A stretch of DNA of 64,000 nt from the human T2T-CHM13v2.0 reference genome, Homo sapiens. Below the pieces are notes generated by a model. The model searched no databases. It was given only the letters and a program-made list of their open reading frames with translations, and was not told where the DNA came from. Location of the stretch: NCBI RefSeq assembly GCF_009914755.1, contig NC_060941.1; one strand, given 5' to 3'. Position numbers and translations under genes: made by a program. Of the stretch, positions 1-13,676 are shown in pieces (position 1 is the stretch's first letter; the number at the start of each line of letters is the position of its first letter).

Positions 1-1377
1 GCATCAACATAGGTAAATGGTTAACAAAAGGGAGGATTTCTCCCTGTTCCTCCTCCTCTGCCACAGTATTGACTGTTAACCACTGACCTTTCTGTGAGGT
101 GTGAGATTCTGAACAAAGTTGAACGCGGTCATGGATGGTTAAATTCCCACCTTTCCCTTCTGCCCTTGCCTCTGCCCCTCTGCCTTCTCGAAACATGGCC
201 CGAGATGTGGAGGCCACCCCCTGGATGTGGTGGCTGCTGAGAGAGGGAGACACACTTGCTCACAGAAAATGAAAGTTGGCAATGACCCTCTGACCCTTTA
301 GGAATCCAGAATCTTGGCTCCTAGAAGCCATAGAGCACTGTACCAAGAAGGCCAAGCCAAGCCCATCCGATTGAACTTAACGGAGAAGTGAAGTTCCCTA
401 GTAGAAGAAGGCATTTTGGAGCCCATCCCGGAAACAGCTTTCCAGCCTTGGCCTTTTACTTATTTCTTCCTGCCCACTCCTCCTCCCACGTCACCCCTGC
501 CCCCGGGGACCTGCCGGCCCACTGCATAAGACATTTTTTAATTTGCTGGCAAAATCCCCCAGCACCAGGCTTCGCAGCCCTCCCCTGTTACCCACATATG
601 TTTTATGGGGTGTAGCCCGCTAGCTTGCAGTTCCACCCCTCTGCACCCTTCATTGAGTTTTGGGAGAAGCGCCATCCAGTCGTGTCATTTGTTCAGGATG
701 ACTTTTCCATTCCGCGCCCGCTGTGTTCGTTTTCCTGGAATGTTCCCATCATCTCCCAGCTCCAGTTGGCCAGGGCCAGCGTGCCATCTCCATGCTGGTG
801 TGTGTGACTGTTTGGTGCTGACCCGAGGGGTGGGTTGGTGGAGTACGAGCCTGGGCTGGGGCCTTATAAGGCCTGGAGTTTCTCGGTTTCATGCGTTATC
901 CATCCCCGACCACTGAGAGCTGAGTAGGATCCTGTGGTTAGTGCCCTTGAGCTGGTCTTTGTGACCTTTCTCTAAGCAGCCCAACCACACACTGCCATGC
1001 AGCTTTGAACTTCAGACCTGGTTTCTAAATCCACGGAAGCTGAGAGGAGGAAGAAAATCTGAGGGGTTACCCAGGATGCCGGCTTTCTCTCTACATCATT
1101 CCCTACCCCAGCCCTGTGCAGCAGGCAGGAGTGTAGGAACTCAGGCAGCTGGACTGGGGAGGAGGGAGAGAGGGAAGGATGATACCAGTTTAGGCTAGTG
1201 AGAAATCTGTAAAACCCTAGATGTGCTGTGCCTGGGAACAGACCATGAACACCCCCGCAAAGCTCTCAGTGGTCAAACCAGATTTGGGTATCGACTCACT
1301 TTGATCTCAGCTCTTCCTGCTCTCTTAAAGGTCCAGTTTGTGATCCGCTTTAAAGGAATATTTTATTTTCAATACAG

Positions 1378-1443
1378 ACACAGCCCTTGACGTAGCAGTA
1401 AAAACCTTCCCCCCTGAGAGACACGTGGCAGTGAAGTGTTTTG
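1378..1443 (+). CDS. BCAS3: BCAS3 alternative (cassette) coding exon, 66 nt, encodes (D)TALDVAVKTFPPERHVAVKCF
   Basis: Acceptor ttttattttcaatacag at 1377, donor G|GTATGT at 1444. Length is 22 codons, phase 1-1, no stop. The peptide matches a BCAS3 isoform insert as I recall it. Confidence 0.85.
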
Positions 1444-2907
1444 GTATGTAACGTCCTATCTTTGCCTATGTGGAAGGGGTTGTCCCGTTGCTTCTTTTGT
1501 CCCTCAAGAGGGTGCCCTCCTACCCCCTCGTGCCCAGGCCCAGGAGCACTCTAGGGAGGGCAGGGGTCAGCTCAGATGGGAGGTCTCTTCTGGAAGGGGA
1601 CTGGTTTGGGATGGGGAGTGGTTGTCATCCTTCACCCAACAAGAGTTTCTTTGAGAACGCCACTCCCTGCCCCCCACTTTGAAGATGGAAGTGAAATTTT
1701 CGGACTCTGCTGTGCAGAGCAGGGAGGTCACTAGGCTCTAATGCATTTACCATTGACTGCCCCTCTTGTAGTGCGTCTATTAGTGAGTAATTTGATTTGT
1801 ACCTATTCATTTGCAGTCCCTGCAGGAGCCTGGAGCTGGCCCCTAGTATAATTGGTGCTGTCTCTATTTTTACATCATTAGATTAGCCCCGACTCCTGGC
1901 CACTTGTTGTCTGCGCTTGTCTGTCCATTTATACAACCTAATGTAACACAAAATTCATTACTGATCACATTACTTTCAACTCTGAAGCCAGCCTTGTGAT
2001 AAACATTTGGTTAACCCCTTCCTACCCACGGGAGGACTGACAGAACAAATGCACTTCCACCCGACAGGCAAATCGATATCTTAATACACCAAAGTGGAAT
2101 TGCATTTCTAGATTTGTTATTCCTCCTGGAGGAGCAAATGGAAAGGCTCGCCTGAGCCAGCTGAATTGAATAATGAATAGAGCCCCGGCACCAGCAGCCA
2201 GTCTGTGAGCACCGCACAAAGGCAGACCGGCATCAGCCAGGCCGTTTCCATCTGGACGGGCGGCGGCACCACCACAATTAGCTGAGACTGTGATCCTTTC
2301 CCAGCCGCGGCGTGTGGGCTTGAGACACAGGCTGGGACCCCAAAGAGGGCAACAGAGGCCGTGCCCCAACACCATTCCTTTGGCTAGGCTTGGCCTAGAA
2401 CACTAGACCAAGAACTGGGTTATTTAACTTCAAACCTTGTTCACTGATGTCAAGGCTACCAGACGCTAAATGCCACCGAGAAGTTAAATCTATTACTAAA
2501 CTCAGGTTTACCATCTGGAAACCGAAAAAGCTCTTCCTGTTTAGAGCCAGGTCAGTGACATTGGGATTGGTTGGTTCACACCAACTTGCGTGTGTGTGCC
2601 TGTCCCCAGGGCCAGCATTCTTCAGCACGCAGATGCCATGTGTGCCTGTATGTGGTTCTGGTTCTCTGGTAGGGTTGCTGTGAGCAGCATGTGGGACTCT
2701 AACACGGGAGCTGGCCAGGAGTCTTAAAGGGACCTCAACCTCAGCACAGCATTATTAATCTAGAAAATTCTCTCCTATCCCCAACTGGTCATCCTCTCCC
2801 CAACCTTCATTGGTCTCTGGGTAGCAGCCACAGCCGCAATAAGTCATTAACTTTCAGGACAGCTTGTTTCAAAATGAAAAATACCCCCACTTATTAAGAA
2901 ACTCTCA

Positions 2908-3545
<638 letters not shown>

Positions 3546-6500
3546 AGGAAAGAAAGAAAGAAACTCTCATAAAGCCTGTACCACAATGATTAGAAAAATT
3601 GGCATAGGGGAAGGTGAATGGAACCATTACCATGAAAGTCATAAATGCCATGAACTGAAAGAAACCATGAACAGGAGATCCTCCAGTGGGAAGGGAAGCC
3701 GGGAAAAGCAGCCCTCCAGGGACCATTCTGCCTGGATTTGGATATGGGGAAGTCCTGGGCAGGAGGCCGAGGGGCAGAGGCACTGAAGCCTGAAACAGGG
3801 CACCCCCTCTCACAGAGGACTGCACCTTGGACCCTGCTGTCCCTTCAGCTGTCCAGAGCCCTTCCAGGCCAGAAGTGGCAAACAGTCCTGAGAGACATGG
3901 AGGTCCTGGAGATTCTTGGAGAGGGCCAGGCACCACTCTGGGCCTTGTCTGTTAGACGGATTCCTCCACCATCTCTCATACCTCTCCTCCTTCGTGTACA
4001 GGGAGGGGGCGGGGAGAGGGGCGCCTCCTTGCCGCAGTCCCAGGGCCCCAAGGTGAGAAGTAAGAGGTGGGGAAGGGCCTCACCGTGTCCTGGGCTGTAG
4101 GGCCGGGCCAGGCCAGGTACAGGGAGGTCCTTGTCCCAAAGACTCCAGAATCGTAACCCTCAAGCACTTCCTACTGTGAGGAGCTACAAAGCAAGCCGGG
4201 GTCTCCTCAGCAGGGTATTATGACACCCTCACATCCCAGCAGTGGAAGGACACTGGTGTGTCACTGAGGTGAGCCTGGGCACAGTGCTGTCTCCTCAGGG
4301 TCAGGGAGACACTTTCAGAAGGAGTAGGGGCACTAACTCACCACCCCCACCCCTGTTGAACCCCCAGCACACTGTCTTGCTCGGCTGCAAGCCCGCAGCT
4401 TTGGCCTCAGCTGTTAATCCTCTCAGGTGGGTAAATGGAACACGGTGGTGGGGGAGATCCGTGTATCCCATGCTGGCCCCAGCCCCATAAGCTCTAGAAA
4501 ACAGATAAGAGCACAGGCCTTTGCCTTTGCAGAATAGGACGGACCAGTGGCAGGGAGGAACGCGCGTCTGCCTGTGGAATGAGAGACTGTGATTTCTTAA
4601 CCTTGATGGAAAAGGGGAAAGCCACATCTTACCAAACTCTTCCGCTGCGTCGTAGGGAATTTAATTACATTTGGACATTTGAATGAGAAGCAGATGTGGC
4701 TCTGGCCCGCCGGCCAGCAGCTCTCAAAGGACAGCCACTCTCCTGTGGTCTGCAGGGCTCAGTGCTATCTCGTCACGCTGGAGGGTAGCTCGGGGAGACC
4801 CCTTCCTGGGAACTAGGGTGGGTCTTCCAGGCTTCAGGGCTGGACTTCAGGACACAGGCAGGTCAAGGCCAGCTGCCAGCACCTAGTGCCAAGGACGAGT
4901 CTCCAAGCCCTGTCCCCTCTTCATAGCCGGGCAGAGCGGGCCTGTGTGCCGGTGCCTGAGACTCCTCCAGGCCCCCCATTGGCATCCACACAGAGTGGTG
5001 GCGTGGCAGCACCTGGCCGGGCATTCTCCATCCCCCAAGCCCACCTGCCATGCCCCTCGGCACTGAGTCCACCCTAAATGGCATCAGCCAAGGCTCTGCC
5101 CCCAGGTTGGCATGGAGTAGCTGGAGCTAGGAGAGACATTTCAGCCCCGCTCCTGGAGGGCCCTCCGCTGCTAAAGACAGCAGAGGCAGCAAAGCGTATT
5201 TTTTTACCCAGTTTCACGTGTGTGTCCAGTGCGGGTTCTGCTTCTTAAAGCCCCCCACTTGCTTTTCTCATTAGAGCCGTACACGCCCAGTGAGGTCACT
5301 AGAGCAGACCCTCCCCTCCTGTGCCACAGATGCTGACGCAGATGAGAAGTGAAGTGACTTGCCCAGGTCATTTGGCACATCTGTGACAGAACTGAGGCCA
5401 GAGTGAAGTCTCGGCCTCCTCGCACAGTCCTCCTCCTCCCTGGGCCATCCACAGGGAGTGGTAGGGCAGGGCTTCTCCCACATCTGGCCGATCCTGAGCA
5501 TGGCTCCAGCCAGTCCTCAGATACATCCAAACCAGCGACAGAGGAGCTGGGTCAGCACAGCATTTTCTCTCCCCTGGTATAGCATGTGGTGACCGCGTGT
5601 ACTCTGCCAGGGGAGAAAGGGGACTCCTTTCTCAGTCCCTGCTAGCCCCAGCACCCCCGTCCTCCCAAGCGCTCACTGCTGGTAGGCAAAGAGGACCCCT
5701 GGTCTGTGGGCCTGGCAGCCAGCTCTGAAGCCTGAGGGAGGAACCTGGTGGGGAGGGGAGCCCCACACTGCAGGGTGAAGCCTGGGGAAGAGGGAAAGCG
5801 CAGGGGAGCCAGGCAGCCTGGGAGGTGGGTGTATGCTCAGTGTGGTGGGAAGCAGGGCTGCCTTTAACTGCTGCACTTTTCACCTCCTAAAAAGTGCCCT
5901 GGGGGCTGAGGCTGGCTCCATCCCAGAGTGTGGTCTCTGACAAGGCTGTCAGGGGCTTAGAGCCAATCTCAGCCAACTCCATCTCTGTCTCACGGAACAG
6001 GCCCCCGCCTCCTCAGCCACGCTCTGGAAGAGACAGCAGTTGTTTTCAGGCACAGGACTGGTGTAAGACAAGCAGCCTGGAGCCATGTCTGCCTGGGCCA
6101 CCACCTCTCCAGGTGCCAGCGCCAGCACCAGGAGGCTGCCAGCCCTGCTCAACCCCACACAATTTGCTCAAGTCTTCCTTCCACTTAGTCTCTCTCTCTC
6201 TCCAAGCCCCATTTTGCATAGCTGGTCCTGTTTGCAGGACATAAGGGCCCTGGGTGCAGGCCCCTTGCTGACCAAGTTGATCGCTTGGGGCAGACCCCAT
6301 ATGGTTCATTTGCTGAACTTAGAGCAGTCACGTGACCCGCTGGTCTCCTCTTCACATGTCCCATCAAGGGAAAATGCAGAAAATGCCCGACCTCCTAATG
6401 AGAGGACCTCCCCTACTACGTACCTCACTGCCCATTCAGGAACCCCCAGGCAGAAGGTACTGAAGCTGTTGGTTGCAAACCTTCTCAAAGCCAGGCACTG

Positions 6501-6914
6501 GGCAAGCGCGGGCAGCTCGGCTGGCTGCTGTGTGCCGCGAAGCCATCCGCTCCCCTGGGCCACCCCGGAACCCAGCCCCAGCAAGGGTCTTAACCACAGT
6601 CCCTGCTGATGTGGGAGAGCTGAGAGGTGGATGCAGGAGGGAAAAATCGATGCATGTCAACAGGGTTGGAAATTTATTTTCCATTTTGGAAGAGGGTATT
6701 TGCAAAGAGGCGAGGAGGGAAATGAAAAGCTGTAAACACACATCTGCCGTCTTCCTCCCTGGGCCATTTCTTGATTAAAAAGAAAGAATCCTTCCCAAGC
6801 TCCGGTGGAAGCCAAGCTGGTGAGGGCCTGGATGGCAGAGACACCTGCTGGGGAGGGAGGCTGGAGAGGGACCCTGTAGTCCTGTGGATCATCACAATGA
6901 CTAATCCGATTGCA

Positions 6915-7120
6915 GCAATAATAGTAACTCACATTTGCTGACTGGAAGCGTTAAGCACTTTGTGATGCACTCTACATGCATTATTTAATTTCATTCTTAG
7001 AACCAGGCCATGACACAGACATCGTTAACCTCATGTTCGGGAACCTGAGGCACAAAGATTCGAGTAACTTTCCCAAAGTCTCCCAGGTAGCAGGTGGCCA
7101 GGGGGTGTGCTCTTAACCAC
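6915..7120 (-). mobile_element. MIR
   Basis: aataatagtaactcacatttg...aagcactttg...aacctgaggcaca...gagtaactttcccaaagtc. Confidence 0.7.
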
Positions 7121-7643
7121 TTCCCTAAACGCCTCCACCAACATGGGCAGACACTGCCCCTCTGCCTTCTCGGGTTCTCTTGAGGCTGGGGGCTGGACTG
7201 GCCAGGGGAAACATCCTCATCCTCCTGCTCACTGCTGGAAGCAGGCAGAGCTGTGGGTGCAGGGTCAGACTGGACCCTAAGGTCTCATCCTACTCCCACC
7301 AGTCAGCGTGGGTGGAGAAATGCAGCCAGGGCCCAGTCACAGTGCTCTGCCAGTCCCTTCAGTGGGCAGCATCAATGCTCATGTACAGAGCCGTGGACGC
7401 TGCTCCTTTTGTGGTGACGGAAGTGCCAGAGCTGCCCAAAGGGTGAACCAGGGGCCCCAGGCAGCCTCTTCCTAAACACAAACAGAGCACTGTCCTCCCT
7501 GGCCCCTCTCAGGTCCCTGAGACTAGGGCTCAATGCCCCCACTTCCGAAGCCAGAGGAGCTTTTCGCAGGGCCTTTGACTGGCCAGACGTCCAGGTTGGA
7601 AGAGACCCAGAGAACACCAAGCCCAAAGCAGGATTTCCTTACT

Positions 7644-7943
7644 GTTTTTTTTTTGTTTTTGTTTTTTGTTTTTTTTTTTTTTTGAGATGCCAGGCTGGAG
7701 TGTAGTGGCACAATCATAGCCCACTGCAGCCTGGAACACCTGGGCTCAAGGGATCTTCCTGCCTCAGCCTCCTGAGTAGCTGGGATTACAGGCACGTGCT
7801 ACCACACCTGGCTAATCTTTTAATTTTTGGACACGGTTTTGCTGTATTGCCCAAGATGGTCTTGAACTCTTGGCTTCAAGTGATCCCCTTGCCTTGGCTT
7901 CCCAAAGTGTGGGATTACAGGTGTGAGCCACTGCACCTGGCCC
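7644..7943 (-). mobile_element. AluJ-like
   Basis: Poly-T followed by a diverged antisense Alu body. Confidence 0.9.
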
Positions 7944-9487
7944 GACTTCACCTCCGACCTACTGCTGGGGCCCCTGGTTTGGCCTCTCCAGCTTTCCCTG
8001 CGTCTCACACAGGCCCTGTGCCCTCCGCATTTCACCCCTCCCGGGGAGTCTGCTGCCCGTCAACTCACAGCCTGGCAAAGGGGCCACAACACTGCACTGT
8101 GGGTGGAGGTGCATGGGCCCATGCTGCACGGCCCAGCTCAGGAGTAGGACAAGGTGTGGGCAGCCATGCCCTTGCCTCCTCACAGACAAAGAGTGACCCC
8201 ACCCCACCCCATCTCCCTGGGCACACGCTCCCAAGTGACCAGGGTTGCTTCTCTCTAAAAAGGCCAGTCCCCTCTTTCTGCCCCCTCTGACACCTCTGAG
8301 TTTGGATGGGCTCCATATGGAGTGGGGCAGCATGAGGATCCAGCTTGCTTTTTTTTCACCCTGAGAACAGTAGTGCCAAGGATCCGGCTGTCTCATCCTT
8401 CACTTGTTTCATGAGAGCGGAGGCACCTTTCCTTCAGTTGCTACTCATTCATCATCCCCCTACCCCTGGGGGCTGTCCATCCTGGCCCAAGGCATAGAGG
8501 GGCAGCTGCGGGTAACAGGCCCATTTCCAATATGAGCCAACAGGGAATGGCTCTCCAGCATGGGCATGGGGGCCGGTCTTAGTGATGCCGGAGCTGCCAG
8601 CACCCTGTGGCCCGCACCAGCACCCGTTCTTTCTTGGGGGATGGGGGTGGGAGGTGAAGAACCAGAGCTAGTGGTTGCTTCGTCTTCCTTGGTTTTGCTC
8701 TCTGCAATGTGGGTATATAGCTCCCACCACCCAGGGGACCACATCCCTGGAGAGTGCAAGGTCACAATGAGGTGACTGGGTCTAGCCACTTGCCTGGAAG
8801 CCACTCCTCCTCTCCTGCCCTACTTTGGGGCCTGGAGAACAAGCTCTTTTAAAGCTTCTCCCACTGACCAGAATCTCCACACCTCTAAGGGGGGAGGTGG
8901 CTGGGGACACTTCCCTCATTTCCTGCCACAGAGCCCCCAGCACTCTCTTTCGGGCCCTGGCAGGTTCCTGATGGACTTCCCCAACAGGTCCACCTCAACC
9001 GCAGGACAGCTGCTCAGACCTGGAGGTCTTGGGAGTGGGGGAGGAGGGCAGCAGCCAGGAGTTGGGCCACTGAGTCAGAAGGTCCAAGGGCATCCCTGAA
9101 AACTGCAGTCTGTTTCCCTGTCCTCCTCCAGCAACCCACCTGCATGGGGTCCCATCTGGCACTGCATGGGCCGTAGGTCCCCAGCCCTCCCACTTCCTAA
9201 AACTGTTCTTCATGTTGAACCTGTGACTCCTCTCCCCCTCCCCCACTCTGAACGGGGTCTTGGCCCCCTCTGTCACAGCAGATCCATCTCTGGGACCCCC
9301 AAGACAGATTGGTCCCCAGCCCCTACACATGCATGTCACTGTCCTCCTTGACTGCAAACTCCCCCTCCTCACGGTGTGCCCCTGCGCCTCCTGACACCTC
9401 TCCACCTGCTTGCAGAGATCAGTGTACTTCTCAATCGTTGTCCATATCTTTTCCAAAAAGATTCCTCAATGCTTTTCTTTTCAAAAG

Positions 9488-9578
9488 GGAAAAAAAAAGG
9501 AAAAAAAAAACAATGCCAACAGCCCAGCGTCCGTGAGCAACCCAACAGTAACAAAGCATGCGTTCGGGATGGAGGAAG
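9488..9578 (+). CDS. BCAS3: BCAS3 alternative frameshifting exon, 91 nt, encodes (G)KKKGKKKQCQQPSVREQPNSNKACVRDGG(R)
   Basis: Acceptor cttttcttttcaaaag at 9487, strong donor AAG|GTAAGG at 9579. Splicing to 12843 gives [12 protein letters not shown], an alternative BCAS3 C-terminus I recognise. Confidence 0.85.
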
Positions 9579-9828
9579 GTAAGGCCACACGTTTCCATTT
9601 GCCGCTTGCTCGTAGGGCTGGGCGGCCGGGATGACTTGGAGGGGGGAATCTGAGCAGCCCTCCTCCCCTCCACTTCCCACACACACCCCTGCCTGCAGGG
9701 GGAGGAGCAGAAGGGGTCTGAGAGGAGGCGTGGAGAAAAGCGCCCACAAAGCTGCCCCGGGGCCAGCAGGCCCCCGATTCTTTCAGTTAGTCTGTGTTGA
9801 AGAATGGGCCCCCACCTCCCCTTACCAC

Positions 9829-10450
9829 ATCATTCATTCATTCATTCATTCATTCATTCATTCATTCATGCTAGAAATGTTTAGGGCACCCATGATTTTC
9901 CAGGCCACTAGGGATACAGAGTTAAGGCACAGAACCCCCCCGAGGGGGTCTCCCCTAGATGAGACACATGGGACGATGAGGGGGCCTGGGCTAGGAGTCA
10001 GCACAGCGCAGGGTAGGGTCTGGCAGGCTCTGCTCGGGGGACAGGACGGGCTCACAGAGGAGTGGACACTCGTGCTAAGCTTTGGAAGATGAGTAGGTGT
10101 TCTGGGGCTTTGTAGAGCAAGTTACATGAACACAGGCCCAGAGGCCTAGAACCACCTGGATGGGTCCAAACACCACACAGCTTCATCACTTTTGTGTCTC
10201 AGACAAAATAACGGGTATCACTAGTGAGGGGTTGGCGGCAGGTCATGGAGGGCCATTTCACAGTGCTGGGGAGTTCAGACCTTGCCCTGGGAACTGTTAG
10301 GAGTGGCTGAAGGCTTTTACGCAGAGGAAAAGCAAGATGAGGGCTGTGCTGTACATAGCCCACTCTGGCTTTGGCACAGGGTGGGTGACCTGGAGTCAGG
10401 AGACTGAGGCGCACAGGGCAGGCTTAGCCAGGGCAGAGGCAGAGGAGGGA
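9829..10450 (-). mobile_element. L2 LINE 3' fragment with (CATT)n tail microsatellite at 9829-9868
   Basis: Typical L2 cattcattc tail and degenerate L2 body. Confidence 0.65.
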
Positions 10451-10980
10451 GAAGTTCAGCAGAGCCTTGGTTACCTTACCCTGGGATGCGGGGGCGAGGG
10501 AGAACGCTGCCCCCATCCTTCTTACCCGGGTCTAACTGGCAAAGGGAAAATGCGAGCAAGGCGCTCAGGTTGTCCCTGGCCCCCAAGAACAGGACATTCA
10601 TCTTGTAAGCCCCTGGGTGGCTTTCCCTGCACTGTGGTGTGATGGGCTGGGGTGCATCCACGAAGACTCATTGGTGGGACCACCGAGGCTGCTGGGGTAT
10701 TTGCTGGGGGCCTATGCCAAGGGACGGTGGGGGTGCCATGCCTGGGCCCGGGCTCCCGTTTCCTGGCTTCCTTGGCAGTGTGGATGTGGAGGCATTTTGC
10801 ATCAAGGCCGTTAAAGCTGCCCCTGAGCTGTAAAAAGGGGCCAGCCTTCCCCATCCTGGTGGCCCTGCCTGCTCCTTCCTCGGGGGCTTTCTTCCTTAGG
10901 CCTGGCGGCCCGATCCTAAGGAAGCCCCTGCTTTTCTTGCGCCTGCCGGTGCTCTTCTCCCGCCCGCCTGGCCCTGCTGT

Positions 10981-10998
10981 CAGCGCCCCCTAGTGCCG
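10981..10998 (-). promoter_or_regulatory. Candidate CTCF site, reverse orientation
   Basis: Minus strand reads GGCACTAGGGGGCGCTG, close to consensus CCACYAGGGGGCGC, within a small CpG cluster. Confidence 0.65.
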
Positions 10999-12742
10999 GG
11001 CCGGCCGCGCATGAGGGCGGTGGGACAGATCGCCCACAACTCCTCGGCTTGCTTTTGGGGAAATAAGGCAACAGAGGGGTCTCTTGGAGTCTGGAGCTTC
11101 CATGTAAAATCCCCAGGGTCTACTCTTGGCTTTACCACCCTCTCCATCTCATGGCACGATGGCCTGTCCCCCCAGATTAGGGTGATACTGAAGGAGGAGC
11201 AGGAGAAAAAGATCCTATCTGCCTTGTTTTCTATCCATATCCAGATAGCTCTTGACTTTCCCAGGCAGCCAATGTCCCCTGGAGGTCAGGGACCATAGTC
11301 AGGCCCTCGGTCCCTGTCCACAGTCCCATCCCCCTACTTTCCCCAATTTGCCAAGAAGCCCTGGTGTCCCAGTGAACTGTCCCACCGAGACCCCGGCGAC
11401 AGACTCGGCTGATGGATCCCAAGGGCCCCTCCCCTCCCCAGGCCCAGGTGCCCGCCTCCTCCCCACTCCACTCTGTGGCTGCTGCAGGCCTGCAGGGAGT
11501 CGGGGTCAGTGGTTCGTTGCTGGCTGGCTGGTGTTGGCCAGCCCAGGAGTGAAGGCCATGACCCCTTCATTCCCTAACCAGAGCCGGCTGTACTGCGCGT
11601 GTGGTGGCAGGGGGCCTGGGAGCGGTTGCAGGATGAAGACCAAGGTCTCAAGCCAGACCAGACGAGTGCAACGTTTTTGCACATCTTGCTGTTTCAAGTG
11701 ACTGCTTTGAGGTCCTGCACTCCTGGGTGGACAGGCCAGACTCCTTCAGTCACAGGCAGGCATCCCTTGGAGAAGGAAAGGTTGCAGGTCTACATATCTT
11801 GGCTTGGGGCAGGCTCCAGAGACTGCCCGGTGTGTGTGTGCCCATATGTCAGAGCCCCCGGGGGAGACTGAAAGGGAATCGGAACTGACCACCTTCAAAA
11901 AGCCAAGAAGTAATTGGTTCTTCCTTGCACTCAGCAAGCAGGGAATTCCATTCCCAACCCACCTACCCCAGGACCTGACTTGGGTCAAGAGATGGTAGGA
12001 CAATTGAGCGGCCCACAGCTGAATTAGATGGATCAAGCTGCCATATCTGAGGTGGCAACATGGATGTGCAGGGCCAGGGAGGCAGAGGAGGAGGAGGGCG
12101 GGACTCCCTGCCTGCCCTTCAGGTTGATGCTGAGGGGCCTCCAGGAGACTTGGGGCCTAAGAGGAAAGGAGAAAGGAGGCACTTCAGGCAGACAGGGACC
12201 CTCTCTTCATTGGAGCAGGCCCCTCTCAAACCAGGCATCCCCTCCCAGGGAAACAGGACACTTGGCAGGAGGTGCCAAAGATGAGCCAAGACCTGGCCAG
12301 CAGATGGACTGTGTGGGTGAGCATGAGTGAATGAGTGAGTGGCAAAGCCAGGCAGAAGCTCTAGGCACAGGCAGGGCAGGAGAGAGGTGGGGACAGATCA
12401 GGCAGGGATGCTGCAAGCCCTCCCGTGTCCTAGCTTCTCCCCGCCTACCTCCCCTGTAGAGCCGGGACAGAAGGCACTGTGGAGTTGGGGGCATGCTGGC
12501 TGAGCATGAGTGTGTGCAGGCGTGGGTACGGGCTCATGAAGAGCTGTGTAGTCCACACACATCGTCAGGGTGGCCGTGCTTCGGGCCTAAAGGGCTTCCC
12601 GCAGCAGGGAGACGGTGCTCTCACACCAGAGTCTGCCAGCCAGGGGGCTTTCCCTCCCCTGGCTGAGCCTTCCTGTGACCTGAGCTGCCCCCTGCCCATC
12701 CAGGGAGCAGGCGGGGATCCCCCTGCGGAAGGACACAAGTGA

Positions 12743-12991
<249 letters not shown>

Positions 12992-13670
12992 GTACCAGCA
13001 ACCTGCTTCTGACTGGCCAGCCCCCTCCCCTGCTGGAGGAGGGGAGAAGCCCCGCTCTGGTCCTACCCTTCAGTCTCTGCTCTTCCTTCATCAACCACCT
13101 TCCCCAAGCTTAGTGACAGCAGCCGCCCATCCTACCTGGATGGAGAAGAGACCCTTCTCCAAGCACCTCAGCGCACTTGCCCTCTGCCACACCTGTCGGT
13201 GGAGGCTGTGGCCAGGAGAGACTGTAGAAGCTCGGTCCCTGTGTATGTTTGCATATGACATCCTGCATTGGATCCGCTTTTGTATTTTTTAACCATACCC
13301 ACGGTGGGGCGGGTGGGGGGAGCCTGGAACAGTGACCAGATCTGGGGGCCTGAGTGGGGACAGAGTTGATCGTCCACCTGGCCATTTTGACCCTGAGTGG
13401 ACAGTCACAGCCTCAGCTCATGTCTGGCTGTGACACACACTGCCCCCAGCTTCCCTTGGTCAGCCCCACTCCAGCACGGGGTGAACGGAGGCCCAGAGTA
13501 CTAGGGAAGGAGGAAGGGAGGACATGCCTCTTCTTCCTCCTTTCTTTCCCCATCTGTTCCTGGGAAGAGTTTGTCTTTCTTATCTTTAAGCCCCTTTACC
13601 CTGGTCCTGTACTGATCAGTGAAGGAAACCGTGGTTACTGAGGCCCTGTTGAAAAGTGCACGTCTTGTCC

Positions 13671-13676
13671 AATAAA
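13671..13676 (+). terminator. BCAS3: BCAS3 polyadenylation signal AATAAA (3' UTR about 12992-13695)
   Basis: AATAAA about 680 nt after the stop, followed by a GT-rich tract (gttggtgt). Confidence 0.85.
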
